In this document: positions 17,788 to 25,895 of the stretch, one piece after another
Numbering within the stretch: the stretch's first letter is position 1
Layout of the letters: each line of letters begins with the position of its first letter
From: a virus
Virus record (IMG/VR): IMGVR_UViG_3300045988_142508
Reading direction: 5' to 3' (one strand)
Length of the DNA stretch: 37,256 bases
Notes under the pieces: generated by a model
Database searches by the model: none
Seen by the model: the letters and a program-made list of their open reading frames with translations, nothing else
Told to the model about the DNA's origin: nothing
Program-made: the position numbers and the translations under genes

Positions 17788-17825
17788 TAATCCACTGACA
17801 ATTCTGCGTTGCACTTTCGATTTTG

Positions 17826-18665
17826 TCAAATCGAATCGCGGCGCAGCACCTGCCGATGCACGTCCGAAAGCCTGTACAATGGCCGTCCCTTCTCGTTCTC
17901 GCCGGCCGGCTGAAGCCTGCCACGCTTACGCCACGAGCGAATCGTGTTCGCATTGCACTGGAACCCGCATTCGCGCAGCAGCTCAGCACACTCCCCCGCC
18001 GTGAACGCCCTGCCCGATTCGATGCACTCCCGCAGGAAACCCAATCGCACATCGACCACGCGATAAGTGTTGCCGCACACCGGACAGTCAACACTTACCG
18101 CGCCGACCTCCGCACTCAGCTCCACGCCGCACAGAGGATTCAGGCACCTGCCGATGCCGTGCCTGGATGGTGGCACGTCGATGATGGCCAGCGTCTTGCG
18201 CGCCAACCGCTGCCAGTCATGCCAGATCAAACCGATGTCCGGCAGTCGGTTCAACCGCTGGCATGACCAGCATGCCTTGAGCATGTCAACGATGGGCGGG
18301 ACGGCGATGCTTGTGGCCCATGGCATGGCCGGCGGCGCATACAATCGACACCACAACGCCGTCACCGCATCCTCGATCTCCTGCAGATGGTCAACGACCG
18401 AGAGTCTGATCGGCGTGGGCGCGGACGGCAGGTTGACACGTCCAGGCTGGTGGCCTCCGTAATGCGCCGTCGAATCCAGGAACTCGCGCAAGGCATGGAT
18501 CCAGATGGGATAGTCGTGGATCCATCCCCTCAAAGTGTTCTCGCACTTGTCGCACATCGTGGCTTGAATACGGCACTCCCCGCCGCACACTTGGCACATG
18601 CCGGCGAGCGCTGGATTGTTTTGGTTGGTTTGTGTTGGTTGGGATTCGTTGGCTGGTTCGTTCAT
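17826..18665 (-). CDS. Zinc-ribbon plus C-terminal helix-turn-helix DNA-binding protein (candidate late-gene regulator), 279 aa
   Basis: SD GGAGGGAA. CxxC pairs are present (CQVCGGEC...CDKC; CPVCGN). The C-terminal region FTAGECAELLRECGFQCNANTIRSWRKRGRL is MerR/excisionase-like HTH. It is the last gene before the packaging region. Confidence 0.6.
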   Translation of the reverse strand: MNEPANESQPTQTNQNNPALAGMCQVCGGECRIQATMCDKCENTLRGWIHDYPIWIHALREFLDSTAHYGGHQPGRVNLPSAPTPIRLSVVDHLQEIEDAVTALWCRLYAPPAMPWATSIAVPPIVDMLKACWSCQRLNRLPDIGLIWHDWQRLARKTLAIIDVPPSRHGIGRCLNPLCGVELSAEVGAVSVDCPVCGNTYRVVDVRLGFLRECIESGRAFTAGECAELLRECGFQCNANTIRSWRKRGRLQPAGENEKGRPLYRLSDVHRQVLRRDSI

Positions 18666-18740
18666 TTGTTCGATTCCCTCCGGCGGTGTAGTCTGGTTTG
18701 TGGTGATGCCAGGAGCCCGGCCGGAAGGTCGGGTTTCTTG

Positions 18741-18878
18741 TTACTCGTGGTGTTGTTGGATGATCGCTTTGATTTCCTCTTTGGAGACTTGCGGCACCAG
18801 TGGTGCGATTTCGTCGAGGCTGTATCCGGCCTGATGCCATTTGATGATCATGTCTATGAGGGTTTTCTTGACTTTCAT
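18741..18878 (-). CDS. Small 45-aa protein (HTH-like)
   Basis: ATGA coupling to the upstream gene at 18875-18878. Translation MKVKKTLIDMIIKWHQAGYSLDEIAPLVPQVSKEEIKAIIQQHHE. Confidence 0.55.
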   Translation of the reverse strand: MKVKKTLIDMIIKWHQAGYSLDEIAPLVPQVSKEEIKAIIQQHHE

Positions 18879-19294
18879 TTCGTTTCCTTCTTGTTTTTTA
18901 CGCATTCCGGGCAGAGGCTCTTCTTGAAATCGTCTGCATTTACCTGCCATCCCTCGTATTCGAGCCGGTGCAGCGGTCCGACATCCCACTTGCGGCATTC
19001 GCGGCATGCGAGATGGCGGTGGTTCGGACAGAGGCTGTCGCATGGATAATCTCGGTCGATGTGCCACCCATCGGCTTCCAGTTCGTCCGGCGCTCCACTG
19101 TCGGTGATGTCGCAGTCATGGCATTCGACGTGCCAGTGGAGCGGGCAGTAGTGCCTGCCTTGGAGCTCGTCGCATTGCCAGCCGTGGTCGGCGGCCTCGT
19201 TGTCGGCGGCCTCGTAGGTCGCGTCATAGACGGAAAGGCTTGTGTGGCACTCGTCGCAGACGACGAACAGCTCATGGATTTCCCGGTAGCTCAT
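18875..19294 (-). CDS. Cys/His-rich protein with three tandem zinc-ribbon-like modules, 139 aa
   Basis: The unit CxxC...(D/E)GW(Q/H)...CPx(H/C) occurs three times: CDECH..DHGWQ..CPLH; CHDCD..ADGWH..CPNH; CRECR..YEGWQ..CPEC. The ATG at 19294 overlaps the upstream stop. Confidence 0.65.
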   Translation of the reverse strand: MSYREIHELFVVCDECHTSLSVYDATYEAADNEAADHGWQCDELQGRHYCPLHWHVECHDCDITDSGAPDELEADGWHIDRDYPCDSLCPNHRHLACRECRKWDVGPLHRLEYEGWQVNADDFKKSLCPECVKNKKETK

Positions 19295-19569
19295 CTTGCC
19301 GGCTCCTTGTCCACGCCGCTCACATGGTCCCAGTCGCAGGACAGGCCGCCTTGCTTTTCCCATGCGTAGACGACGCAGTCCACCTTTCGTGTATCGGACA
19401 ACGTGATGGCGCACTCGTAGAAACCATGGGCGGTGCCTCCATCGGTGCATTGCGAGTCGATGGGTTTGGCCGCATGCGCCTGCGTGGATGCTTTGGCCGA
19501 GCTGCCGCATCCGGCGAGCGCCATGCATATGACGGTGATGGCGAGTGTGATGCGTGTTGTTTTTCTCAT
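19291..19569 (-). CDS. Phage-encoded lipoprotein, 92 aa
   Basis: The signal peptide has a lipobox: MRKTTRITLAITVICMALAG|CGSS. Confidence 0.7.
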   Translation of the reverse strand: MRKTTRITLAITVICMALAGCGSSAKASTQAHAAKPIDSQCTDGGTAHGFYECAITLSDTRKVDCVVYAWEKQGGLSCDWDHVSGVDKEPAR

Positions 19570-19580
19570 TTTGTTTCCTC

Positions 19581-19856
19581 CTAGTGTTTGCGCCATCCGC
19601 CGTTGGCGTATCGGTTCCATCCGCGGATCGCGGTTTTGATGCTGTCGTCCTGGGTGGTGATCAAGACGGCGTTCGGACATCCACGGCATTTGGCGATCCA
19701 GATGCAGTGCATCGTGGCTCCGATGATCCAGGCGTATGGTTCGATGCTTGGTTTCCTCGTGCCGCAGTATGGGCATGGGCTGGTCCTGTGCCATTTCCTG
19801 ACATGCGGCCGGATGATGTTTCTTGTGTGTTTCATGGCGGACACGGTCATCACCAT
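19581..19856 (-). CDS. Lar-like restriction alleviation family protein, ~91 aa
   Basis: The pattern CPYCG...CRGC...AIRGWNR matches the Lar family signature (CPxCG ... CxxC ... aIxaWNrR). The start is ambiguous (ATG at 19856 or 19850). Confidence 0.5.
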   Translation of the reverse strand: MVMTVSAMKHTRNIIRPHVRKWHRTSPCPYCGTRKPSIEPYAWIIGATMHCIWIAKCRGCPNAVLITTQDDSIKTAIRGWNRYANGGWRKH

Positions 19857-20428
19857 GCTCCCTTCAGAAGCTTGCGGTACCACTTGTAGTCGTTGATGTC
19901 GCGTCGTATGCAGTCGCGCACCCTGTGCGAACCGGCATGCCCCTTGTACGGATCCTCGGGGCAATCCAGGAACCTGATGTAGCGCCTCAACGTGGTCAGG
20001 TCGAACTTCCTGTAGCTCAGCCACGCGTCCGGGTCAAGATCCAGACGCTTCAGGAAATCAAGATCGAAATCCACGTTCGTGCCCGCCGGAACCAGCATGA
20101 ACCGTGGCGAGAGCGAGTCGAGATACTCCTCCACGGCGTTCGCCACAGCATCCACGCAGTCGTCGTGCGCGGAGCCGTTCAACAGCTCGAACAGCAATCC
20201 ATTGTCCGTGTGCATCGAGAACGCGACCGGGCCCATGTCCAACAGGTCGAGATAGTCCGGTCTGATGATGCGATGCAGGGATCCGAACGAATGTTCGCCC
20301 AGCACGTCGGTGCATTCCATGCCGACCTCCAACGGCAGACTGTCATCCCTGTCCGTGCCGGTCGTTTCGAAGTCGAGCCAGAGCAGCGCCTCCGGCTTCC
20401 CATTCCGGTCTTTGTCCTGTTTCCTCAT
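19850..20428 (-). CDS. DEDDh 3'-5' exonuclease, oligoribonuclease (Orn)-like, 192 aa
   Basis: LWLDFETTG (Exo I), GTNVDFDLDFLKR (Exo II-like), GSHRVRDCIRRDINDYKWYRK (Exo III H..D). ATGA coupling at 20425-20428. Confidence 0.7.
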   Translation of the reverse strand: MRKQDKDRNGKPEALLWLDFETTGTDRDDSLPLEVGMECTDVLGEHSFGSLHRIIRPDYLDLLDMGPVAFSMHTDNGLLFELLNGSAHDDCVDAVANAVEEYLDSLSPRFMLVPAGTNVDFDLDFLKRLDLDPDAWLSYRKFDLTTLRRYIRFLDCPEDPYKGHAGSHRVRDCIRRDINDYKWYRKLLKGAW

Positions 20429-20829
20429 GATTCTTCCTTCCAATTGCTTTGCCATTCGATGATCTCGATTTGCGTGAGCCGTTGCGCCGTGCCGTCATCC
20501 AGCAGCCACCACCAGTCGCCGTTCCAGTCGCGTATCGGCACGCTGAGCGGAGCACGCCAGCTCGGGATGATGTAGCCGAACCGTTCCGCCTCGGCCGGAT
20601 GCGCGTGCGCCCAACCATGACAGCCGGTCGTGCCGGAACCGCACAGTTCGACGATGTTGCACGGCAGATCACGCACGGCGGGATCGGCACGACGGCGCAA
20701 CTGCCGGTGATGGCCGCTCCTGCCCGGCCAGACACTCGGGTCGTGCAGGTTGCGTCCGCAGCAAAGGCAATGCCAGCCCTGACGTGCGAGCGCGATACGT
20801 TTTGATTCCTGGAATTGCCGGTCGCTCAT
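20425..20829 (-). CDS. HNH endonuclease, 134 aa (third HNH gene in the genome)
   Basis: WHCLCCGRNL...GHHRQLRR...CNIVELCGSGTTGCHGWAH. Confidence 0.75.
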   Translation of the reverse strand: MSDRQFQESKRIALARQGWHCLCCGRNLHDPSVWPGRSGHHRQLRRRADPAVRDLPCNIVELCGSGTTGCHGWAHAHPAEAERFGYIIPSWRAPLSVPIRDWNGDWWWLLDDGTAQRLTQIEIIEWQSNWKEES

Positions 20830-21017
20830 CGTCGCTCCCTTCCGAGCTGGTCGAGCAGGCTGATGCAGGTCGAGCAGTCGCGTTTGATATCGCGGATGCG
20901 GTCAAGGTCCATATCGGCGAGCGCTGGGCCTTTGAGCGCGTCGAGTTCCAATCGGTCGGCGGCTTGGATGGCCGAGGTGAGGACGCCGGCCATGTGTGCG
21001 ATGGTCATGGCGTTCAT
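20826..21017 (-). CDS. Hypothetical 63-aa protein
   Basis: ATGA coupling at both ends. Translation MNAMTIAHMAGVLTSAIQAADRLELDALKG.... Confidence 0.5.
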   Translation of the reverse strand: MNAMTIAHMAGVLTSAIQAADRLELDALKGPALADMDLDRIRDIKRDCSTCISLLDQLGRERR

Positions 21018-21931
21018 GCCGCCGCCTCCTGTTCGAACAATTGTTCGGCCAATACGTCGCCGGGCACGTTCGCGAGCTGACGGCGCAGCATGTCCGGGTC
21101 CACGCCCTGGTTGAGCAGGTCCGCGACCTTGCATGCGAGCTCCATGTACGTGTCCGTGCCCTCGCAGGCTATCGGGCCGAGTACGCGTTTGACCTCTTCG
21201 CTGCCCCACGTATACCGTCGGCGAGCGTTGGAATCTTTTAGCGTGGCGAATCCGCGTTCCTTGCCTTTGACAAGCCAGTTGCGGAATTTCGCGTTCCAGT
21301 CGGCCGAGCGAGCTCCCGAATCGAGGGCCCTGTCACGGAATTTCCCGGCTTCGATGTCGCAGTCGATGCCTAGCCGGTCGGCGAGCGCCCGGTGTTCCTC
21401 AGAGGGTTTCCAGTCGGATGGTATTGGAATTTGTTTTCTCGCGCGCGCGTTACTCTCTCTAGGTTCTATATACGGTTCTTCCTTAGATATGGTTCTTGTG
21501 CAATCATGTTGCACCCCTGTTTGCACACCTATCCGTGTTTTTTGCACCCCTGCTTGCACTGCTGGTGTGCAGTCTGTTTGCACTGCTGGCGTGCAGTCGT
21601 GTTGCACTGGTGTTTCGGCGTTTTTGAGAGGTGCAGTTTTTGCACCTCTGCTCATGTTGAGGTTCCAGACGGTCGGCTTGTATCCGCCGAGGCCGGACAC
21701 GATGCGCTGGTCTCCCCTGCTGATCAGTCCGGAGGATTCGAGACTCTTCAACGCGTAGGAGACCGTACGCACGCTGTATCCGGTCAACCGACTGATCGTG
21801 CTCCTGCTCGGATACGCTCCCATGCCTTGAGGGTCGGCATGGTCGGCCAACACAAGAAGCGTGCGGAAATCCGCGTGCTTGATGTCCGGCGCTACACCGT
21901 AGATAACCCATGTCAACGCTTGGATGCTCAT
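21014..21931 (-). CDS. Replication initiator / replisome organiser with N-terminal winged-helix domain, 305 aa
   Basis: MSIQALTWVIYGVAPDIKHADFRTLLVLADHADPQGMGAYPSRSTISRLTGYSVRTVSYALKSLESSGLI (wHTH). The central coding region contains the iteron array, a lambda O-like arrangement. It lies next to ssb. Confidence 0.7.
   Translation of the reverse strand: MSIQALTWVIYGVAPDIKHADFRTLLVLADHADPQGMGAYPSRSTISRLTGYSVRTVSYALKSLESSGLISRGDQRIVSGLGGYKPTVWNLNMSRGAKTAPLKNAETPVQHDCTPAVQTDCTPAVQAGVQKTRIGVQTGVQHDCTRTISKEEPYIEPRESNARARKQIPIPSDWKPSEEHRALADRLGIDCDIEAGKFRDRALDSGARSADWNAKFRNWLVKGKERGFATLKDSNARRRYTWGSEEVKRVLGPIACEGTDTYMELACKVADLLNQGVDPDMLRRQLANVPGDVLAEQLFEQEAAA
21498..21645. repeat. Iteron-like array (putative origin of replication) inside the initiator gene
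   Basis: TTGCAC occurs 7 times (21509, 21521, 21542, 21554, 21578, 21602, 21640), with inverted GTGCA(A/G) at 21498, 21567, 21591 and 21631. This includes a tandem 24-bp unit TTGCACTGCTGG(T/C)GTGCAGTC. An AT-rich stretch at 21420-21497 is adjacent. Confidence 0.7.
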
Positions 21932-21940
21932 GATTTCTCC

Positions 21941-22474
21941 TTAGAAATCCGGTTCGGATTCCGGCTTGCCGAAATCACCGAACGACGACGATTCACCCTG
22001 TGGCGAGCCCCACGGGTCAGACGGCGGCAACGAGGCACCGGCAGCGGTGGCTCCGCCCGTATAGCCCGCCGGAGTGGAGGACGGATTGCCATACGCTCCA
22101 GCGGTGCCCTTCTCCACCTTGGTCACCTGCGCGATCGCATACTTGAGCGATGGGCCGATCTCGTCAACCTGCAATTCCACGGAAGAACGCTTCTGATGCT
22201 GCTCGTCCTCCCACGAATGCTGCGTCAGCCTGCCCTGCGCGATCACACGCATGCCCTTGGCGAGGGAACGGGCGCAATGCTCGGCCAGATCACCCCACAC
22301 CGTGCAGCGGAGGAACAACGCATCCCCATCGACCCACTGATTCGACTGCCTGTCGAACGTGCGAGGAGTGGACGCGATCGTGAACCCAGCCACGCTCCGA
22401 CCGTTCTTCGTCGACCTCAACTCAGGATCCGCGGTCAGATTGCCCACCACCGCGATGATCGTCTCACCAGCCAT
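21941..22474 (-). CDS. ssb: Single-stranded DNA-binding protein, 177 aa
   Basis: OB-fold N-terminus [35 protein letters not shown], a Gly/Pro-rich linker, and the acidic tail ...ESEPDF. Confidence 0.92.
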   Translation of the reverse strand: MAGETIIAVVGNLTADPELRSTKNGRSVAGFTIASTPRTFDRQSNQWVDGDALFLRCTVWGDLAEHCARSLAKGMRVIAQGRLTQHSWEDEQHQKRSSVELQVDEIGPSLKYAIAQVTKVEKGTAGAYGNPSSTPAGYTGGATAAGASLPPSDPWGSPQGESSSFGDFGKPESEPDF

Positions 22475-22818
22475 TAGAACCTACCTTTCACGGCGAGAGT
22501 CTTGATGATGCGGATGGTCTCGCCACCATCCCTGGTCTTCACCATGTGCGTCAACTGCGCGGCAGCGCCCTGATGGAAACTGTCACCAGGCATCACCTCC
22601 AACACGGGAGACGCCACCTCGGACACGAACCGGCCCACCAGTCCGGTGAACCGCACGCCCACCGATTCCAAGATCTCCAGCTCCTTCCACGCCTCGGTCT
22701 CCATCGCCCGACGGCACGCCTCAGCCACCGCCCTGTCGCCACGCGTCATCCCCTTCATGCCGACGTCCTTGACCGGAGCGTTCGGACTGAAATGCCAATG
22801 CGGCAGAATCTCCCTCAT
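22474..22818 (-). CDS. Hypothetical protein, 114 aa
   Basis: It has coding-like composition and a 1-nt stop/start overlap with ssb (TAATG). No motif recognised. Confidence 0.55.
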   Translation of the reverse strand: MREILPHWHFSPNAPVKDVGMKGMTRGDRAVAEACRRAMETEAWKELEILESVGVRFTGLVGRFVSEVASPVLEVMPGDSFHQGAAAQLTHMVKTRDGGETIRIIKTLAVKGRF

Positions 22819-22830
22819 CGGTCACTCCCC

Positions 22831-23073
22831 TCAGTCGTCGTCCCTGGACGCGAACCGCACCACCAGCCACAACGCGGTGGCGAGATACACGCCCTCGACC
22901 AGCAGCGCGCCGGCCATGTTCCACGAGTCATGCCAGGTGAGCATGAGCGTCACGCTCACGACCAGGCCGATGACCGCAATCGCGAATTTCATGCGGCGCA
23001 AGGCGTAGTTCGGACGCCCCGCCTTCCGTGCGGTTTCGAGTCGGTCTTCGATGTGGTAGTCGTTGTCGGTCAT
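22831..23073 (-). CDS. Small membrane protein (two predicted TM helices), 80 aa
   Basis: FAIAVIGLVVSVTLMLTW and ALLVEGVYLATALWLVV. ATGA coupling to the upstream gene. Confidence 0.6.
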   Translation of the reverse strand: MTDNDYHIEDRLETARKAGRPNYALRRMKFAIAVIGLVVSVTLMLTWHDSWNMAGALLVEGVYLATALWLVVRFASRDDD

Positions 23074-23297
23074 CGTGTTCCTCCGATCATGCCGAGCGTG
23101 TGAATGATGTCTTTGCTTTCCTCGGCGGTGAATTCCGCCAGCGTTATCTCATGGATGCCGTCGATAAGTCTGGCGGATCCGTCCACGTCCACCCGGACGT
23201 AGAAGCCACTCGACGCGAGCAGCACGTTATGCGGGTCATGGCGTCCCGACTTCGGCGGCGCCGGCGGATTCAGCCTCACGGCCTGTCTGATGCCCAT
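23070..23297 (-). CDS. Hypothetical protein, 75 aa
   Basis: The internal ATG at 23297 (MGIRQAVRLNPP...) lies just after the upstream stop at 23299. Confidence 0.5.
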   Translation of the reverse strand: MGIRQAVRLNPPAPPKSGRHDPHNVLLASSGFYVRVDVDGSARLIDGIHEITLAEFTAEESKDIIHTLGMIGGTR

Positions 23298-23298
23298 G

Positions 23299-23490
23299 TC
23301 ACAGCTCCTTGTTGATCGTGTCGACGATGAGGTCCACGATTCCGGTGACGTCAAGGTCGATGTAGCCGACGATGTGGCCGAGCGACCTCATGGCCTCCGC
23401 ATCCACGTCCTTGAATGGGTGGACCAGTTCGCCCTGGGTCTCGAACTCGTCGAACACTGCCTGCACGCAGGTCTTGCGAATCGTTTTCAT
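23299..23490 (-). CDS. Hypothetical acidic protein, 63 aa
   Basis: ATGA coupling at 23487-23490. Translation MKTIRKTCVQAVFDEFETQGELVHPFKD.... Confidence 0.5.
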   Translation of the reverse strand: MKTIRKTCVQAVFDEFETQGELVHPFKDVDAEAMRSLGHIVGYIDLDVTGIVDLIVDTINKEL

Positions 23491-23732
23491 GCCGACTCCT
23501 TTCCCTCGTATTCACATGTGCTCTGGTAGAGGTGTTCCTTGAAGTAGGCGATCATCGGCTCCTTCGGATACATGACGGTCCGTCCGACCTTCACGAACTT
23601 CGGACCGATTCCCGCACCACGCCAGTACGCCAAGGTGCCCTCCTTGATGCCGCAACGGTCCGCGATGTCCTTCGTCGTGTTCATCGGTTTCAGGACCTCA
23701 GCGAGCGCAGCGAACGTCGTATCGTCTTCCAT
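23487..23732 (-). CDS. Excisionase-family / MerR-like HTH DNA-binding protein, ~81 aa
   Basis: NTTKDIADRCGIKEGTLAYWRGAGIGPKFVKVGRTVMYPKEPMIAYF matches the HTH_17/Xis pattern. The SD AAGGAGG is 6 nt before the ATG at 23732. Confidence 0.65.
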   Translation of the reverse strand: MEDDTTFAALAEVLKPMNTTKDIADRCGIKEGTLAYWRGAGIGPKFVKVGRTVMYPKEPMIAYFKEHLYQSTCEYEGKESA

Positions 23733-23852
23733 CACGCGCCTCCTTTGCGTGTGTAATGCCGGGCGGCGTTAGGAGAACCGCCCGGCCCCCTCCTAAAATC
23801 GGTGTCATCCCGCATTTCCGACGTGCGGGCCGAACAGTTAGGAGAAGAATCA

Positions 23853-24551
23853 ATGGATGGATCCGTATTGGCCGCATGGGCCGGTGCCGCGGCCTCGCTG
23901 TTTGGCGCCGGATTGACCGTTTGGTGGCCATGGCATAACAGGCCGCAGGCGGACTGGACCCTGCTGGAACACTCGACGAATCCTGAATTACCGATTTCCT
24001 CAACGGTGCCCGGATTTTCTGACTGGTTGGAGTCTCGAGACGAGGCCGAGCCGGATTCCGTCTGCTCCGTGTACAATTCCGGTGACGGCGACGCGTACGA
24101 CGTCTCAATCGAGGGGATTGGATGCAAGGCGTATTTCCTGCTCCTGAGACCCATCGGCGACAACACCGAGTTCATGACTCCGAGCAGCATCGCGCAATTC
24201 AAAGCGGCCGACCGCGCGTATATCATCATGCACGCCGATGAGAAAGCCGATGTCATAGCGATACGCCTCCATTGGACGAAGCAGCCGACGCATTTGATGC
24301 GCCGCGTGTTCCGTTCCTATTCGATTCATGGGTCGCTCCCGGAACAGCCGCGTCATCCGATACCGGAAACGAGACGGCATTTGCCAACTCTGACGAGATA
24401 CCGGTTCGAACATTCGAGACTGGGATTATGGTTATTTGCACATCCCCGACTGCATCCGCTTTCCCGGACTCTTGACATTCCCCCAACGACAGGATCCAAC
24501 CGATCGGATCAAGATCGACGAGGATCCGAAGCAAAGCCAGGGAAAGACTGA
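23853..24551 (+). CDS. Membrane-anchored hypothetical protein in lysogeny orientation, 232 aa; the last ~70 codons are of doubtful quality
   Basis: SD AGGAGAA-N5-ATG. N-terminal TM helix VLAAWAGAAASLFGAGLTVWW. Codon usage is good to about 24335, then rare codons (AGA, ATA, TTA, CGA) appear while it overlaps a convergent gene. Confidence 0.55.
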   Translation: MDGSVLAAWAGAAASLFGAGLTVWWPWHNRPQADWTLLEHSTNPELPISSTVPGFSDWLESRDEAEPDSVCSVYNSGDGDAYDVSIEGIGCKAYFLLLRPIGDNTEFMTPSSIAQFKAADRAYIIMHADEKADVIAIRLHWTKQPTHLMRRVFRSYSIHGSLPEQPRHPIPETRRHLPTLTRYRFEHSRLGLWLFAHPRLHPLSRTLDIPPTTGSNRSDQDRRGSEAKPGKD

Positions 24552-24600
24552 ACAAGCCAGCAGTAAGCGATATGCATGCCGGCAGCCATGTCTCACTCAT
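24253..24600 (-). CDS. Small membrane protein translationally coupled to the antirepressor gene, 115 aa
   Basis: TGATG stop/start overlap at 24600. TM helix LPACISLTAGLFSLSLALL. The C-terminal ~28 aa overlap the convergent plus-strand gene and look low-complexity. Confidence 0.5.
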   Translation of the reverse strand: MSETWLPACISLTAGLFSLSLALLRILVDLDPIGWILSLGECQESGKADAVGDVQITIIPVSNVRTGISSELANAVSFPVSDDAAVPGATHESNRNGTRGASNASAASSNGGVSL

Positions 24601-25394
24601 CACGCACCCGCTTCCAACGACGGCTGAGCGCGACCCCAATACCGGTCGATGAAATAGCGCTGCCCCTTGCCCGTGACCTTCGGAGTGCGGCTGACCGTGG
24701 TGTGCCCATCCGCATGGGTGACGGTGGTCTCCTTGATGCGGAACAGGCCGAGGTCCATCGCACGCTGTGTCGGCACGTTGCGATTCGAACCGGACTTGCC
24801 GAGATACCCGTCAGCCTGAAGAAGACGGAACAGTCTGTTCTGGCCGATGTCCATCCCGTTCTGCCGGAGCATCTTCGCGAGCTCGCCGACCAGGCACGTG
24901 CCGTCTGACGCGGCCACGGCGTCCGCGAACCGGGCCTTCGGCTCCAACATCTTGATCTGTGTGTCCTTGGCTTGAAGCTGCTGGTTCTTGCGCTCGATGG
25001 TCTTCTGCGCGACGAGCACGGCCCTGGCCATGATGTCCTCATCTGAATCCGACTCGGACGTCGGGATGTAGCCGCCGGTTTTGCGGATCTGGGGCAGCAC
25101 CTCATGCGTCACCCACCGCTTGAACTCGTGAGCCTCGGGCTTACGGGATGCGAGCACGAGAGCGTAGAGGCCGGATTCGGAGACGATTGACTTGTTTGGA
25201 CTGCCGGGAGTTCCATCATTTAAAGTGATGGAACTCTTCTCGTCGCCATCAAGCCGTGTCAACGCTTGGCTAACATTGTTAAGCTCAAGCACGGCGCATA
25301 CGTCCTTGGCGACGAACCAGGGCTCCCCCGCCTCGTCGGTCAAGGTGCGCAATGATGTGCCCTTGAAATCGAACTTCTGGATTTCATTGTTCAT
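24600..25394 (-). CDS. Phage antirepressor (Bro-N domain plus KilA-C/ANT domain), 264 aa
   Basis: ATG at 25394 with SD GGGAGAA. Bro-N region: FDFKGTSLRTLTDEAGEPWFVAKDVCAVLEL...ALTRLD. C-terminal region: FADAVAASDGTCLVGELAKMLRQNGMDIGQNRLFRLLQADGYL. Confidence 0.85.
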   Translation of the reverse strand: MNNEIQKFDFKGTSLRTLTDEAGEPWFVAKDVCAVLELNNVSQALTRLDGDEKSSITLNDGTPGSPNKSIVSESGLYALVLASRKPEAHEFKRWVTHEVLPQIRKTGGYIPTSESDSDEDIMARAVLVAQKTIERKNQQLQAKDTQIKMLEPKARFADAVAASDGTCLVGELAKMLRQNGMDIGQNRLFRLLQADGYLGKSGSNRNVPTQRAMDLGLFRIKETTVTHADGHTTVSRTPKVTGKGQRYFIDRYWGRAQPSLEAGA

Positions 25395-25418
25395 TGGATT
25401 CTCCCTAGAATCGAGTTT

Positions 25419-25895
25419 GTGAATAGTTTTCTTGAGGATCCGGCAGGCTGGGCTTCGACCATCATCGCCGGGGCGTCTTTGGCGTGGAACGTTCTGCAGC
25501 AGTTTCAAATCCACTCCATTCGCCGTAGGGACGATTTGTCCCAAACCGATTTGGAGCCTTTTCTTGATTCCACGTCGAACAGCATCGTGTATTTCCGGCT
25601 TGTTGGACCTCTGACGATGTATGACGTCCGAATCCCACCTCAGGCAACGTTCGGAACAAGCCCCTATACGCCGCTGTTGGCCAAGCGGTTGAGACCGAAT
25701 CAGATCTGCCATACCGGCTTCACCGGCGAGAATGCGGTGCTGCTACTTCCCGATGATTTCGAGATTGAGTGGCGGTCGTCCCACATGTCGCGCAGTCATA
25801 AGATTCGTGTATCTCTGACCGAGATAAAGAAGGAGGCGTGGAACCGCAGCTCGAAGAGTGTTCGGCAGATTCGCGAGAGGGCTTCGAGGCCGTAG
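25419..25895 (+). CDS. Membrane-anchored hypothetical protein in lysogeny orientation, 158 aa (GTG start; start uncertain)
   Basis: N-terminal TM helix GWASTIIAGASLAWNVL. Codon usage is coding-like throughout. It is antisense to the tail of ORF 25720..26325. Confidence 0.45.
   Translation: MNSFLEDPAGWASTIIAGASLAWNVLQQFQIHSIRRRDDLSQTDLEPFLDSTSNSIVYFRLVGPLTMYDVRIPPQATFGTSPYTPLLAKRLRPNQICHTGFTGENAVLLLPDDFEIEWRSSHMSRSHKIRVSLTEIKKEAWNRSSKSVRQIRERASRP

Noticed and set aside
21392-22477. 361-aa plus-strand ORF antisense to the initiator and ssb genes
   Set aside because: It has Arg-rich, low-complexity translation and is opposite two genes with clear domain signatures.
23758-23786. 9-bp GC hairpin (GCCGGGCGG-N11-CCGCCCGGC) between the early operon start and gene 23853
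   Set aside because: No T-run on either strand and no repeat partner. It could be an I-shaped terminator or insulator, but the evidence is too thin to call.
23732-24256. 174-aa minus-strand ORF antisense to the plus-strand membrane-protein gene
   Set aside because: It has poor Ser/Ala/Arg-rich composition and no SD. The plus-strand frame has an SD, a TM helix and host-like codons.
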